Shown here in pieces: positions 1-12,803 of a DNA stretch of 64,000 bases. The stretch is taken from contig OZ024746.1 of NCBI GenBank assembly GCA_964016885.1, positions 98,642,001 to 98,706,000 of the forward strand. The letters are read 5' to 3'. The notes beneath the pieces are model-generated. The model had not been told where the DNA came from. It made no database searches and was given only the letters and a program-made list of their open reading frames with translations. The translations under genes and the position numbers were made by a program. This DNA comes from Eledone cirrhosa. Its lineage: Eukaryota. Each line of letters starts with the position of its first letter. Within the stretch, counting starts at the first letter, position 1.

Positions 1-154
1 TTGGTTTCTACTGCTGGATGGCCTTCTTAATGTCAACCACATTTATAGTGAGTACTGGGTGCTATTCTTAAAAGGAATAGTAATTTATCAATTTCTATTT
101 CAACACAATGAAGCAGAATAAACTGCCGAACTGTTGAACAGAAGTGATAACACA

Positions 155-300
155 ATGGTTTCTTATATAGGCACAAGGCCAGCAATTTTGGATTAGGAGA
201 AAGTCGATTAAATTGACCCCTGTGCGTGACTGGTACTTTATTTTATCGACCCCGTAAGGATGAAAGGTAAAGTTAACCTTGGCAGGATTTGAACTCAAAT
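155..300 (-). mobile_element. tRNA-derived SINE family A, 5'-truncated
   Basis: Reverse complement of the family body GAGTTCAAATCC...CTTTCATCCTTACGGGGTCGATAAAATAAAGTACCAG...GGCCTTGTGCC, seen many times in the window. Confidence 0.8.
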
Positions 301-584
301 AATAATAACACAATAATAACACTGAATGTAATTCTGTGGCGACAGAAAGAATTGTGTATTCCTCAAATTGTCAGACTATACTTCGAACCTGTTGCAAACA
401 ATTGTGTACTCCCGTTTAACTGAAGCATAATATATAGGCAAAAACACAAAGACATTTGAGAGACATGATTGTGATGTGATAGGCTGTTGTTGAATAATTA
501 AACAGTTGCTCATCACTTGTTTGATAACACTCAATGCAAGTTCAATAAACAATACAGTGAGTAAAGGAGAAGTTAACTCTTAAC

Positions 585-1050
585 ATCCTGTAACGATTTA
601 TCAGAAAAATATCTAAAAACAGGTTTAATTCAAATATTTACAGTAGCTTATGTTTTGCAACAAAGATGACTAAGAAAAATCCTGAAAATTATTTATCGAG
701 ACCGGATTACTAATGTAGAGGTGTTGAAGAGAAGTAAACAGAGGCTACTGACTGACACCATTGCTGAAAGGTACCTGAAACTGGCTGGACACATTCTGCG
801 TACCGGAACCCCTCTGTGGCAATGAGATGGATCCCAGTCGGTGGCAAGCTGTAAAAAGGGAGACCCAAGAAAAACTGGCACTCAACTTTCAAAGAAGATC
901 TCCAGAGGATTGGCCTGGACTGGGAAACTATGCAAGATATCACAGCTGATTGTGTAAATTGGAGAAGACTTATTGCCCATTATATCCCAGGGCAGAAGGC
1001 CTAAGACTAGTTGTGGAAAATTTACTGTATTAGAGTAAATACTTTACTTC
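585..1050 (+). repeat. Old dispersed repeat D, split by a LINE fragment
   Basis: AAAAATATCTAAAAACAGGTTT (~605-626) and TTGTGGAAAATTTACTGTATTAGAGTAAATACTT (~1011-1044) match the two halves of 6840-6940. Confidence 0.6.
650..1005 (+). mobile_element. Degenerate RTE-like LINE ORF2 3' end
   Basis: Broken frames give ILKIIYRDRITNVEVLKR and AMRWIPVGGKL*KGRPKKNWHSTFKEDLQRIGLDW...WRRLI, a typical RTE-superfamily ORF2 C-terminus. Confidence 0.7.
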
Positions 1051-1110
1051 TTAATATGATTCTATCATAGTGTTGTTTAGTACTGTTCAAGAATATCTTG
1101 TTAATGTGGT

Positions 1111-1630
1111 TTAACCCTTTAGCATTTAAACCAGCCGTATCATCGTCATCATCATTTCATTTTACGTCCACTTTTCCCTGCTTGCAAGGGTGGGATGGGA
1201 ACTGATTCTGGCTTGATTTCTACAGCTGGATGCCATTCCTAACACCAACCTCATTTACAGTGAGTGCTGGGTGCTTTTTTGCCGTGGCACCTCCACGACC
1301 ACTTTGCAGTGGAATGATAGGGACACCAGTCCCTATCATCTCATTTCTACAGCTGAGTAAACTGGAGCAATGTGAAATAAAGTGTCTTACTCAAGGAAAC
1401 AACACATCACCTGGTCTGAGAATAGAACTCACAACCTTTCGATTGCAAGGCCAATGCTCTAACCACTAAGCCATGTGCCTCCATGTTCAAACCGGCTGTA
1501 ACTAGGCACTCATACTGATGTTAAGGTATTATTCTCAAAATGAATAATAATAAAATATTGTAGATTCAATATTATGTGAGGTAAAGACTTTACCATGGAC
1601 ATATAGTAAATATAGAGTAATGTAAATACT
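1111..1630. mobile_element. piggyBac-type MITE A, interrupted by a SINE
   Basis: TTAA-CCCTTTAGCATTTAAA at 1111; the family body resumes at ~1485 after the SINE. Confidence 0.75.
1141..1482 (-). mobile_element. Composite SINE B (tRNA head + CORE-like domain + RTE tail)
   Basis: Near-identical reverse complement of 23114-23442; A/B-box-like head and (GAT)n tail. Confidence 0.8.
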
Positions 1631-2275
1631 AATGTAGTTTAATGTAGTAAAGGACATTAAGAGTTTGTCTTCAAGCATGAAGTTAAGACAGCAAAATTAT
1701 TGATTTTGTTTATTTGTTTGGTTGATTGTTACTTTTTTGTAGTGATTCTATTTACCTGGCTGTTCATGTGATTAGAACAATGAGGCTGTTGAAATGTCTT
1801 GAAGTAGAACATAAAATGCAGGATAGAATCCCGGTTAATAAAATGTTTTGAACAATAATTCAAATAAAACAGCTGTAGCTTTTTTTTTATGTTAATCAAT
1901 AGAAATACAGAAGCAGTGTTTTGAATGATACTAACATTTAATGTAAAGATAAACTGTTGTAATAAAGTGAACTCCGGAAGACTCTGACATTTTATCAAAC
2001 TGAAACCTTCTCTATTACAAAATCTCCACTACTTCTGAAACTATTAAAGTATTCAGAAAAATTACATAGAGTTGTTATTCAACCAAGATTAATCATATAC
2101 TTTTCACAAAAAATCCACAAACAATAGCTTTTTTTTAGTAGTGCCTTTGATGTGGAACTGTCTGAAATTGCCCTGGTTTTATGATACAAAGCTGTTTATT
2201 TTAAACTGTTTATATTAATCTAAAAACATTCCATCGTAATTTTGTGCAGGAACCATTATTATGTTCCAAACACCA

Positions 2276-2489
2276 GCATTTCCATTACTCTATATTTACT
2301 ATATTTTCACAGTAAAGGCTTTACCTCACAAAATTAACTCACATAATATTGAATCTATGAGATTTTGATGTTATTTATTTTGAGAACAATACCTTAACAT
2401 CAGTATAAGTGGCTGGTTACAGCTGGTTTGAACAGAACGAGGTGAGAGAATTCTGGCCAGATATGGCCGGTTTAAATGCTAAAGGGTTG
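2276..2489. mobile_element. piggyBac-type MITE A
   Basis: Family body, ending TAAATGCTAAAGGG. Confidence 0.75.
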
Positions 2490-2880
2490 ATAATGGTTTC
2501 TGATTTAGGCAAAAGGCCAACAATTTTGGGGGAAGGGAAAGTCAATTAAATTGAACCCAGTGTATTACTGGTATTTTATTTTATCGGCCCCGTAAGAATG
2601 AAAGACAAAGTTAACCACGGCAGGATTTGAAATCAGAACGTAAAAAGAGTTAACTCTATGCCACAAAGCATGATGTCCGATGCTCTGCCAATCCACCACC
2701 CTCAATAATTGGTTCTACTTTTGGCACAAGGCCAGCAATTATCCCAGTACATTACTGGTACTTTATTTTATCGACCCCGCAAGGATGAAAGGCAAAGTTA
2801 ACCTTGGTGGGATTTAAACTCAGGCCATAAAGGAACGTAACTCTATGCTGTAAAGCATGGTGTCTGATCCTCTACCGAAT
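2490..2880 (-). mobile_element. Two adjacent SINE A copies
   Basis: Two reverse-complement SINE A bodies (~2490-2702 and ~2705-2880). Confidence 0.8.
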
Positions 2881-3119
2881 GACAGTTTGTTACATATCAA
2901 CAAATTAGTGATTATTTTCATGTTTTTCATTAGAAATATAGTAATGGAAGGGCTTCGACAAAATATGATTCAATAATAACCCTGAAAGTTTTATGAAATT
3001 AGTGGAGATTACAATCGCTAAACCTATGCTGTATGCGAGTATGTGTGTGTACATATATATATATATATATTGTTCATTTATATATATTTGCAATCATACA
3101 CGCACAAGCGCACACTCGC

Positions 3120-4200
3120 ACATCATGTTCATAATTTTTCTGTCCTTTTTTCCATGTTTTTATGGATTGGTCAGATCCTTTTCAGCACAGCATCTCTTCA
3201 CACTTGCCACATTCCTTTGTGAGTCTCAACAATTTGAGGTCAGCTCTCACCACCTCTGCCCAGGTCTTTCTTGGTCTACCTCTACTGTGGCTTCCTTCCA
3301 CTGGGATTTCCTGGTATTTCTTTACCCAGCAAACATTGTTCATGCACTTCACACTTCACATGCCCGTACCAATGCTGTCTTCTCTCTTGCACACCATTTC
3401 AGATTCCTCTTAAACCGAGCTTCTCCCTCAGTTCATCTAAACTCTGCCTTTCTCTCATCCAACAAAGCATGTCTGCTTCAATTCTCTCCAGCCTATGCAG
3501 AGGATCTATGTAGATCATCTGCATAGAGAAGTTCTTATGGACAGCCAGTCGTAAACTCTTCTGTCATGGCCCAGAGAACTATGATCAACAGTAGTGGGCT
3601 AAGAACCAAACCCTAATGAACTCCTACCTTGAATTCCTCACTAAACACTTCCTACTCTCACTTTACTGAGATCTCCTCTGTACATGGTTTGCACTACTCT
3701 CACAAGCCATTCTTCTACACCTAATTTTCTTAAGGACCACTAGATAATGGAATGAGGTACTCTGTCAAAGGCCTTATTATTTGCTAGGATCTTCTCTTGT
3801 AGTTGCCTCACTAAAAAGAGGGCATCTATAGTATTTTTCCCAGGCATGAAACTGAACTGCATCTCATCTAATTTCACTCATCTCCCAATTAGTTGTGCTA
3901 TAATTCTTTCTGTCACTTCATAACTTTGTCCATTAATACGCCAGTCAATGGGTTTGACACCGTCCTGTGTTACCTGATTGACTATGCAGGTTACTAGTTT
4001 GACATATATTTCTGCCGATGTTTTTAGCAGCTCAGCAATAATCTCTGATGGTCCTGCAGCTTTACTACTCTTCATCTCTCTGATTGCTTCTTTGACCCTA
4101 CAACTGTCAATTTCAGTAGCTGGTCTTTCTGTTGAGGAAGTTAGGGTCTCTCCTTTTCCCATTCATTCTCTACATTTATCAGCCTCTCATAGTACCTTTT
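3120..4200 (-). mobile_element. Degenerate, internally deleted RTE LINE
   Basis: Minus-strand pieces VKEAIREMKSSKAAGPSEIIAELLK, FMPGKNTIDALFLVRQLQEK, AFDRVP..LRKLGVEEWLVR, LSPLLL and ELLYADDL, followed by 3' ORF/UTR remnants; homologous to 51732-53410. Confidence 0.85.
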
Positions 4201-4337
4201 CAGGCCTCTACAAAATATTTTACCTCATTCTTTTTTAACCAAATTGCTATCTGCTGGAATTTTTTCAACAAATATTAATCTGCAACACTTCCAAACTGAA
4301 GATTCTGTACACTAACCTTATTTGTTATTTAGTAAAT

Positions 4338-4545
4338 AGGGTGGCAGAATCGGTAGAGTGTCTGACAATGTGCTTCACTGTATAGAGTTATGGCCCTTTA
4401 CATTCTGAGTTTAAATCCCGTGAAGGTTAGCTTTGCCTTTCATCCTTACAGGGTCAATAAAATAAAGTACCAGTAATGCTTTGGGTTGATTTATCAACTT
4501 TCCCCATGCCAAAATTGTTGGCCTTGCCTAAACCAGAAAGCAATA
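4338..4545 (+). mobile_element. SINE A
   Basis: GGGTGGCAGAATCGGTAGAG (A-box-like) ... GAGTTTAAATCCC (B-box-like) plus family body. Confidence 0.8.
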
Positions 4546-4824
4546 TTTAGTAAATGAAGAGTTGTTGATTCACAGAATCATTAGCATTGGATGGAATGCT
4601 TTCCAGTGTACATTCTGGTACTCTGTCCTGAGTTCAAGTCCTGCCAAGGAGATTTGGAATAAGAGCAGGTTGGGGGAAGACAAATCTGAAAAATTAATAA
4701 GGTGAGGGCGGGGGACATTATTCGAGACCTGAGAATACAAATTTCTGCCAGAAATCAATTCTTAATTCTTTTGCTACCAAAACATCAAACTGCCCCCTGG
4801 TTCTATGATTTAGAACTGCTTCTT

Positions 4825-5039
4825 TTAACCCTTTAACATTTACATTACTCTATATTGACTATTGTATTTTCATGGTAAAGGCTTTATTTCACATAATATT
4901 GAATCTATGAGATTTTGATATTATTTATTTTGAGAACAATACCTTAACGTCAGTATGAGTGGCTGGTTACAGCCGGTTTGAACAGAAAGAGGTGAGAGAA
5001 TTCTAGCTGGATATCACCAGTTTAAATACTAAAGTGTTT
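4825..5039. mobile_element. piggyBac-type MITE A
   Basis: TTAA-CCCTTTAACATTTAC start and family body. Confidence 0.75.
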
Positions 5040-5332
5040 ATATTTATCTAAAAACCTTCCATCCTAATTTTATGTACGATGTTTTGTTAAATTACGCATC
5101 AAACACCAACCTAATAATGAGAAAGTTATTTTACTAAATACTTCCAATTTGTTATTTTAAAAATTATTTGGAAATTATAGGCGGTGTCTTTTATTAGAAA
5201 TAGGTTAACAGAAGAGTTAACCCTTACGTTACCATATTTTTAATGAAAGATACTATGTGATTTTCAAATTATTTTGAAAATAACAAAAAACGTGGAAGCA
5301 TTTAGCAATATAACTAACAACTTCATTATTAA

Positions 5333-5560
5333 GGCGGTGGATTGGTAGTATTGCTAGAGTTGGACAACATGCTTTACAGCATGCAGTTACATCCCTTTGC
5401 GTTCAGAGTTTAAAACCCACCGAGGTTACCTTTGCCTTTCATCCGTACATGGTCGATAAAATAAAGTACCAGTAATGCGTTGGGGTCGATTTAATCGACC
5501 CCCTCCCCCCAAAAAAAAAAAATAAAATTGTTGGCCATGTGCCTAAATCAGAAACCATTA
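5333..5560 (+). mobile_element. SINE A
   Basis: Full head and body. Confidence 0.8.
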
Positions 5561-5660
5561 TTAACCTGGTGGCGTTTGTAGCACAACTAAAAATTTCTTA
5601 CATAAAACAATGATGGAAGGTTTTTAGATAAACATTTAAAAACATTATTATATTTAACAA

Positions 5661-5939
5661 GGGTGGTGGATTGGCAGTATCGGTAGAGGCTCGGACGCCA
5701 TGCTTTCCAGCATAGTTACGTCCCTTTACGATCTGAGTTCAAATCCCGCTGAGGTTGACTTTGCCTTTCATCCTTACGGGGTCGATAAAATAAAAGTACC
5801 AGTAATGCACTGGGTAATTGCTGGCCTTGTGCCTAAAGTAGAAACAATTATTATATTTAACAATTATTATAATGTACCAGTAATGCACTGGGTAATTGCT
5901 GGCCTTGTGCCAAAAAGTAGAAACAATTATATTTAACAA
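5661..5939 (+). mobile_element. Full-length SINE A with TSD and duplicated 3' tail
   Basis: TSD ATTATTATATTTAACAA at 5644-5660 and 5847-5863; B box GAGTTCAAATCCC; tail repeated at 5874-5939. Confidence 0.9.
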
Positions 5940-6098
5940 GGCGACATATTGGCAGATTTGTTAGATTGTCAGATAGAATGGTTTATGGTATTCATTCCAG
6001 CTCTCTGCTCCCTGAGTTCAAATCCCACTGAGGTCAACTTTGCCTTTCATCCTTTCAAGGTCGATTAAAAAAAGTACCAGTCTAGTACTGGGGTCGAT
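5940..6098 (+). mobile_element. SINE A-related subfamily
   Basis: GAGTTCAAATCCCACTGAGGTCAACTTTGCCTTTCATCC with a different head; related pieces at ~4580-4650 and ~19500-19715. Confidence 0.65.
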
Positions 6099-6203
6099 TC
6101 TTCCTCTATATCTCTTTCTATTCCCCCCCCCCTCTCTCTCTCTCTCTCTCTGTGGAAGAAATCTGCTGTATTCAGGCCTGGAGAGGAATGGGCTCCGCCA
6201 GGC

Positions 6204-6425
6204 TTAACCCTTTAGCATTTACATTACTCTATATATATACTATTGTATTTTTGTGGTAAAGGCTTTACCTCTCATAATTACCTCACATAATATCGAATCT
6301 ATGAGATTTTGATGTTATTTATTTTGAGAACAATACCTTAATATAAGTATGAGTGGCCAGTTACAGCCGGTTTGAACAGAAAGAGGGGAGAGAATTCTGG
6401 CCGGATATGACTGGTTAAAATGCCC
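6204..6425. mobile_element. piggyBac-type MITE A
   Basis: TTAA-CCCTTTAGCATTTAC plus body. Confidence 0.8.
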
Positions 6426-6835
6426 AAGAAATGCTGTATGTCTATACAGCGCCCCTACAACTCTACCAGGAGCTACCTGACCATACCACACTATATCATA
6501 TATTTAACAAATACATCACCACCACTTTAAAATAAACAGTATTGCATCATAGAATCAGGGGTAGTTTTTCAGGTGGTTTGGTATCAAAAGAGTGCTGGAG
6601 CTAAAGTCTTGGACTATCTCTGGAATTACTGAATGATGGATTGTTCTGTTGGATCTCTGAGGTAAACAAGTATCTGGATAGGATCCCTGTTAAAAATTGC
6701 ATTTTATTTAATTTTCAAAATCAAATGAAAAAATATAGAAATCCTTTTTTTTTTTTTAAGTATTCAGTTGTTATAAGTAGAGGCATAAAGATATAAATCT
6801 TTATAATAGATTTAATTCATATTATCTTATGATGG

Positions 6836-6940
6836 TCTAGCAAAAAATATCTAAAAACAGGTTTGTTAATTAAAATGTTTATAGTATCTTTACTAGAAGA
6901 CAGATTGTGATGAAAATTTGCAGCATTAGAGTAAATACTT
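6836..6940 (+). repeat. Dispersed repeat D (contains a single-copy homolog of the 28-bp satellite monomer)
   Basis: Aligns with 585-1050 and with the reverse complement of the flanks of 55911-62854. Confidence 0.65.
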
Positions 6941-7529
6941 CAAATTTTTGTTTTGCATTAATCTCCTTTTACATGAATCTAGCTGAGTTGGTTCATAATT
7001 TCCTACATAATTACCCCCCCCCCCCCCAAGAAAGACCCAATGAAATATAATAACCGTGTTTAAAAATTTCCAGTTGCGCCAAATAATCTCTGTATTAGTG
7101 TTAAATGGTTGTTACTGTTTTCTTTGTTTTGTAATGTTACCAACTGTAGCTGGATATTAGAGAGGCAGAAAGCAATAGAGAGAGAGATTGTTAGAGAGGG
7201 AGAGAGCTTGATAGTAGCATTAAATCACTACTGACTTTTATCCGATACTATCCAATAACAGATGTTGTATAGCTTTCAGAAATATCACAGCTTTCCTTTC
7301 TTGTATATTTTACATGAGCAATGTATCGTAGAGTAGGCTTTCCTGGAACAAGGTTAATTTTAGAATTTAAGTACCACTCAACAAGCTGATTCTTCCTTAG
7401 AATTATGTTAAGGGAACATTTATTTATGGAAATATTCAACCATTAAATTTTATATAGATATTATTATGTAATGAGAAAATGGGGAAAGGGGTAAGGAACG
7501 GCAGATCTGGCTGTATGGTTGAGGAAAGG

Positions 7530-7770
7530 AATCATCATCATCATTGTGTAACCTCTATCTTCCACACTAGCATGGATTAGAGGGGTTTGTCCCATTTGAG
7601 ACAAGCCAAGTCCGATGACCATGTCTTGTTCATACAGAACTGGTATTGGCTTGCTTTCTATTGCTGGATGCCCTTCCTAATGCCAACCACATCTACAATG
7701 TGTGCTAGGTGCTTTTTGCCATGTCTTCTACACGGCCACTTTACAGTGTAGGCTGGGTGTTTTGTGGTAC
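7530..7770 (-). mobile_element. RTE 3'UTR/tail fragment
   Basis: (CAT)n tail plus GCTGGATGCCCTTCCTAATGCCAACC, the reverse complement of the RTE 3'UTR at ~53255-53285. Confidence 0.7.
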
Positions 7771-8119
7771 CAACATAACTTTCTAGAGTAAGAGTGGTGT
7801 GGGCGAAAGTGGGAGGGGGTGTGTGGGGTATATTGGATTAAGAGGTGCCTACTGAGTATAAGTTTAATCCTTAGGCAGATCTGGCTGTATGGGAAAGTAG
7901 AGGAAAGGACTATAAATGCCATAAATGAGAGGAAGATGATCTTTCTTCACAGAGATACCAGTGAAATCCTTATGAGAAAAGAATTTTGTATTAGATGCTG
8001 TCTAAGATTTTTCATTTAACAACTTACTCTAATATTACAAATTTTCACAATGATCTGTTCACCAATAAATATGCTATAAACATTTGAATTAATAAACCTA
8101 TTTTCAGATAAGTTTGATG

Positions 8120-8470
8120 CTAAACTATGCCAGTTGCAGACTGCGCATCAACATGAGACATTTTTCTCCACAAAATTTGATCACCAACAGCAGAGTTTAA
8201 AGACCAAAGCTCAAGACCAGTCCATAAGTTGACATTATCAAGCCATCGTTTTGGCTGCCGGCCTCTGCTTCTCTTACCAGCCAACCTTCCTTCCAGGCAT
8301 AACCTACTCACACCACAAGTTGATCTTTTTATATGACCGTACAGTTTGAGTACTCTTGACTTGACAATTGATGTAATTGGTCTAAGTTTGGTAATGCTGA
8401 GCAGCTCACTGATACAGATATGGTCGCTGAGCCGCTTGCCAGTCACAAGTCTCATGTTTTCATATACTGT
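8120..8470 (-). mobile_element. RTE-like LINE ORF2 C-terminus
   Basis: ORF LKLYGHIKR...LEGRLAGKRSRGRQPKRWLDNV...WRK; second copy at 44818-45000. Confidence 0.8.
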
Positions 8471-8509
8471 CTGCTAAATCCTGTCATTACATGAGAGTTA
8501 AATAGATCA

Positions 8510-8696
8510 ATTAAGTGAAAAATCTTAGAGAGCATCTAATATAAAATTCTTTTCCCAAGGATTTCAGAGATATCCTTGTGGGGAAAGATTATAAAATTAT
8601 GTTGGAAGATTTTAATTTAATATGGAAACCTTTAAAATGGGTGGTTTTATTTCATAGAACCAGAGCCAGTGCTGGGTTGGTAATTAAAGGGTTAAA
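8510..8696. mobile_element. piggyBac-type MITE B, partial
   Basis: Ends GGTAATTAAAGGG-TTAA; body is the reverse complement of 46022-46150. Confidence 0.65.
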
Positions 8697-9309
8697 ACTA
8701 TGTATATATTTTTTAAATTTTATATGTTGCAACCATTGATTTCTTTATCTTTTTTATCTTTATCTTTTTTTTTATAATTATATATTATATAATTATATAT
8801 TTGTTTTTATAGCATGTACTGTTCAGTGTTACAAGATTAATTTATTACACTGGCATAAGGCTTCATGTGTGAAGGGTGCCATAAATTATAGGAGAGAGAG
8901 AGACGTAGATAATGAATGTTGATAACCAGAGAAGGCTGGGGAGAAGGGAAGTGGGAATGATTGGAGTATTGCTGGGTGTGGTGAGGGAGAGTGTGTGTGT
9001 GTGCACGAGGGTGTGTGTGAGAGAGGGAGAAAGGGTGTATGTGTGAGGGAGGTGAATTTACAGAGGATGCTGGAGATAGAAGCAGTGATAAATGTTATGA
9101 AGAAAAATAGTGAAATGGTTTGGTCATGTGTTGAAGAAAGATGAAAGAAAGTGACTGGGTGAGATTCATAAAAGAAGAAATATGTTTTCCTTAAATGTCT
9201 TAGTTAATAAATTCTTCCATCACTTGCCAAGTGAGTTCCATAGGAAAACTTGTATATCTTCATGACTCCCATATGTTAGCATATAATCTCTGATATAACA
9301 TTATATATA

Positions 9310-9755
9310 TTGAAGCTCCGACATCTGGCAACTGACTTGGTAAACACCTACAAAATTATTAACCATCTTGCCAACAACAACCCTGAGTACCTTTTTGATT
9401 TCCATGTGTCTAACACCCGTGGGCATGCCCACAAAGTCAGAAAGCAGCACAGTTCCCATGACTTTCGGAAACATTTTTTCACGCTCAGAGTTGCTGAAGC
9501 ATGGAACAAACTCCCTGCATCAGTTGTTAGCTGTCGGGACACTGCCTCCTTTAAAACCTTCATGCTTCCTGAAATTCACCAACACTACACCTGATATCCC
9601 CCCTCCGTACACACAAACACATGTATATCATGACTCATACACTGTTCATTTTCCTGATATTTGTACATTATTCTATGTACTACACATGCACCTTTGATGA
9701 GTTGTAGTGCACCTGAGCACTGTACACAATAATTTCATTAATAGTTTTATTATTA
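9310..9755 (+). mobile_element. CR1-group LINE 3' end
   Basis: ORF DLVNTYKII...NTRGHAHKV...RKHFFTLRVAEAWNKLPASVV...SFK, a CR1/L2-type ORF2 C-terminal signature, then 3'UTR and an (ATT)n-like tail. Confidence 0.85.
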
Positions 9756-9850
9756 TATAACTATATTTTAAAATCATTGTGATATAAATGAAGTAAAATG
9801 GCTCTGATTATGAGTCAAAACTAGATACAAAATTTGGTCTACCAGATAGC

Positions 9851-10236
9851 TTAACCCTTTAGCATTTACATTACTCTAATTTACTATTATATTTTCATGG
9901 TAAGCACTTTATTTTGCATGATATTATTTATTTTGAGAACAATACTGTAACATCAGTATGAATGACCCGTTACAACCAGTTTGAACAGAAACCGGATATT
10001 AATAGTCGATCGACTTTCGTCAAATCGGACCTAGGAAACAATGTTTCCATTGGTCTTTCCAATTGCTAATACTATCTATCGGTCGCAACTCCAGGTAGAA
10101 GGAGCAACGTTAAGTAAAGTGTCTTGCCCAAGTGCCTCGCCCAGTCCAGGAATCGAACCCACAAACTCACAATTGTGAATCCAATTCTCTAACCACTCAG
10201 CCACGGATATGACCGGTTTAAATGCTAAAGAGTTAA
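9851..10236. mobile_element. MITE A carrying a nested CORE-like SINE (10000-10203, minus)
   Basis: TTAA termini; the SINE is flanked by CGGATAT repeats (9993-9999, 10204-10210) and has a B-box-like GGTTCGATTCC on the minus strand. Confidence 0.75.
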
Positions 10237-10506
10237 CACTCTCCTATATAGAACCAATGATATATAATGATAATTACTAGGTTTAAAACTAAATGAAAAT
10301 GTGTAAACAGATGTTTCATTTCTTTTAATTTGCTTTTTTTTTTCTTCATTAATCCTTTTGTTACGAAACTCCGTGAAACTGCCTCTGATTCTCTGATACA
10401 AATCTCTTTCTTTTAAATTGTTTATCATCATCATCGTTTTTGCATCCACTTTTCCATGCTTGCATAGGTTTATATTCATTCAAAAATCTTTCATCATAAT
10501 TTTTGG

Positions 10507-10953
10507 TTAACCCTTTAGCATTTACATTACTCTATATATACTATTGTATTTCTATGGTAAAGGCTTTACCTCACATAATTATCTCACATAATTATCTCAC
10601 ATATCGAATCTATGAGATTTTGATATTATTTATTTTGAGAACAATACCTTAACATTTACATTACTCCATATATGCTATTGTATTTTTGTTGTAAATGCTT
10701 TATCTTACATAATTCTCTCACCTAATATCGAATCTAAGAGATTTTGATGATTTTATTTTGAGAAAAATACCTTAATATCAGTATGAGCGGCCAATTACGG
10801 CTGGTATGAACGGAAAGTAGTGAGAGAATTCTGGCTGGATACAGCTGATATAAATGCTAACGGGTTAACATCAGTATCAGTGGCTGGTTACAGCCAGTTT
10901 GAACAGAAAAAGGTGAGAGAATTCTGGTCAGATACGACCAGTTTAAATGCTAA
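10507..10953. mobile_element. MITE A with internal duplications
   Basis: TTAA-CCCTTTAGC at 10507, body restarts at ~10653, end GGG-TTAA at 10868, extra 3' copy to ~10953. Confidence 0.8.
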
Positions 10954-11059
10954 ATTGCTTTGATTCATAATTTCTCCTTGTCTGCACAATAATATTGAAT
11001 TTATTCCTTTCTCTTTTCTAGGTAAGTTCCTTTTCTCATGATTGAATGTCTTGGTAATG
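10942..11059 (+). promoter_or_regulatory. Candidate recursive splice site with a 32-nt RS-exon
   Basis: 78-nt AG-free zone and polypyrimidine tract, TTTTCTAG|GTAAGT at 11021/11022, downstream donor TTG|GTAATG at 11053/11054. Confidence 0.5.
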
Positions 11060-11929
11060 TATATTTTCTTTCTTACCTTTCATAACTCGTGTGACAGAGA
11101 TTACAAGCTCTAAAACCTACCACGTAATAGTACATTTGTGAACTATTATTAACATTAACATTTTACAACTATTAGTCCTATTAAATAATAAAGTGGTTGA
11201 GATTAGCAATAATAAATATCTGAGAAGATACAATAAATGAATGACATGAATTGCCATAATCATCAAGTGGATTCGTAATATCGGTAGAGTGTCAGACACC
11301 ATGCTTTGTGGTCCTTTACATTCTGAGTTGAAATCCCAATGAAGTTAGCTTTACCTATCATCTTTATGGATCTGAAAAATTAATAAGCAGGGATTGGGGG
11401 CGATTATTCAAGGTTAATGACAGGACATTGCTTGAGGTCCTCCCACCTACATCTATATTCCCAAATTCTTTTATAAAGTGTGAGTTTTTTTTACACTGTA
11501 AAACTTGTGTGCTTGATGTGAAAGATATAAGGATTTAAAGTTTAAACATTTCTGGATATTTAAAAAATATAAAAAGAGTTTTGACTTATTTATCTCTACA
11601 GATATTTCATGAAATAATAATTTTGTTTTCTATAATACTTTAGTACAGAATATTTGTAATTCTTTTGAGATTTTAAAATATGTTTTAGTTAATGATTTTC
11701 CAATATATAACAAAATATATGAAATGTTTGATAAGAAGGCATATGAGCAGCTGTTAATATTTGCACCTGATTAGTTTTCAGGTAGAATGTAAAAGAATGA
11801 TGTCCATTATTTTGTTAAAATTTTTGTCTACTTATCATTGTATGTGTACCTGCTTTTTTACCATGTTATAGTTTCTAACAATGGTCTACATTATGTCATT
11901 TTCTCTAGTTCTATAACAAGGTTTTTCTC

Positions 11930-12457
11930 TTAATCCCTTTAGTTACCAACCTGGCTGAACAAACCCAGCTCTGGTTCTATGAAATAAAACCACACATTTC
12001 AAAGGTTTCCAATTTAAGCTAAAACCTTCCAACATAATTTTATATAAGAACCTTATATTAGGTTAATTATTTTAGAAATGAAATAATTAGTAATGGTAGT
12101 AAATCTCTCAAAATTCTTCAATAATTAATTAAAATAGTGTATTTCATTAGAAATGCAGTCATGAAAGGGTTAAGGAAACAGCAAATATGTTGGTGTTTAC
12201 TGGGATAGGGGCAAATAATGAAAACAGGGCTAACAGAACCTTATTATCTTAGTAATGAAATAATTAATAATTTTAGTAAATCCCTCAAAATTCTTCATTA
12301 ATTAATTAAAATAGAGTATATTTCATTAGAAATGTGTTCATGAAAGGGTTAAGTTACTATCTTAGTAATGAAATAATTTTAGTAAATCACTCAAAATTCT
12401 TTATCAATTAATTAGAATATAGTGTATTTCATTAGAAATACATCATGAGAGGATTAA
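11930..12457. mobile_element. piggyBac-type MITE B plus two partial 3' repeats
   Basis: TTAA-TCCCTTTAGTTACC ... CATGAAAGGG-TTAA (12173); 3' half repeated to ~12352 and ~12457. Confidence 0.75.
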
Positions 12458-12724
12458 TGGAAGCTACTCCTCTCCTCAGGCCCCTTCTGGGTTTAATTAT
12501 CAATAAATTAAACAATGATGCTATTATATTTTAGTTAATTGTCTACACATAACACATCCTTTTATTTCATTATTAATTATTTAAAATAACAACAATAATT
12601 ATTATTCAGTATTCTTCTGTAAGCCTTCCGGAATATTCCATTACAAACCTTGGAGGATTTTAACTCTTTTCAAGTCTTAAGAATCTTAAATAAAATTATA
12701 GATTTTTTATTTACATTCAATGAA

Positions 12725-12731
12725 GACACGC

Positions 12732-12803
<72 letters not shown>

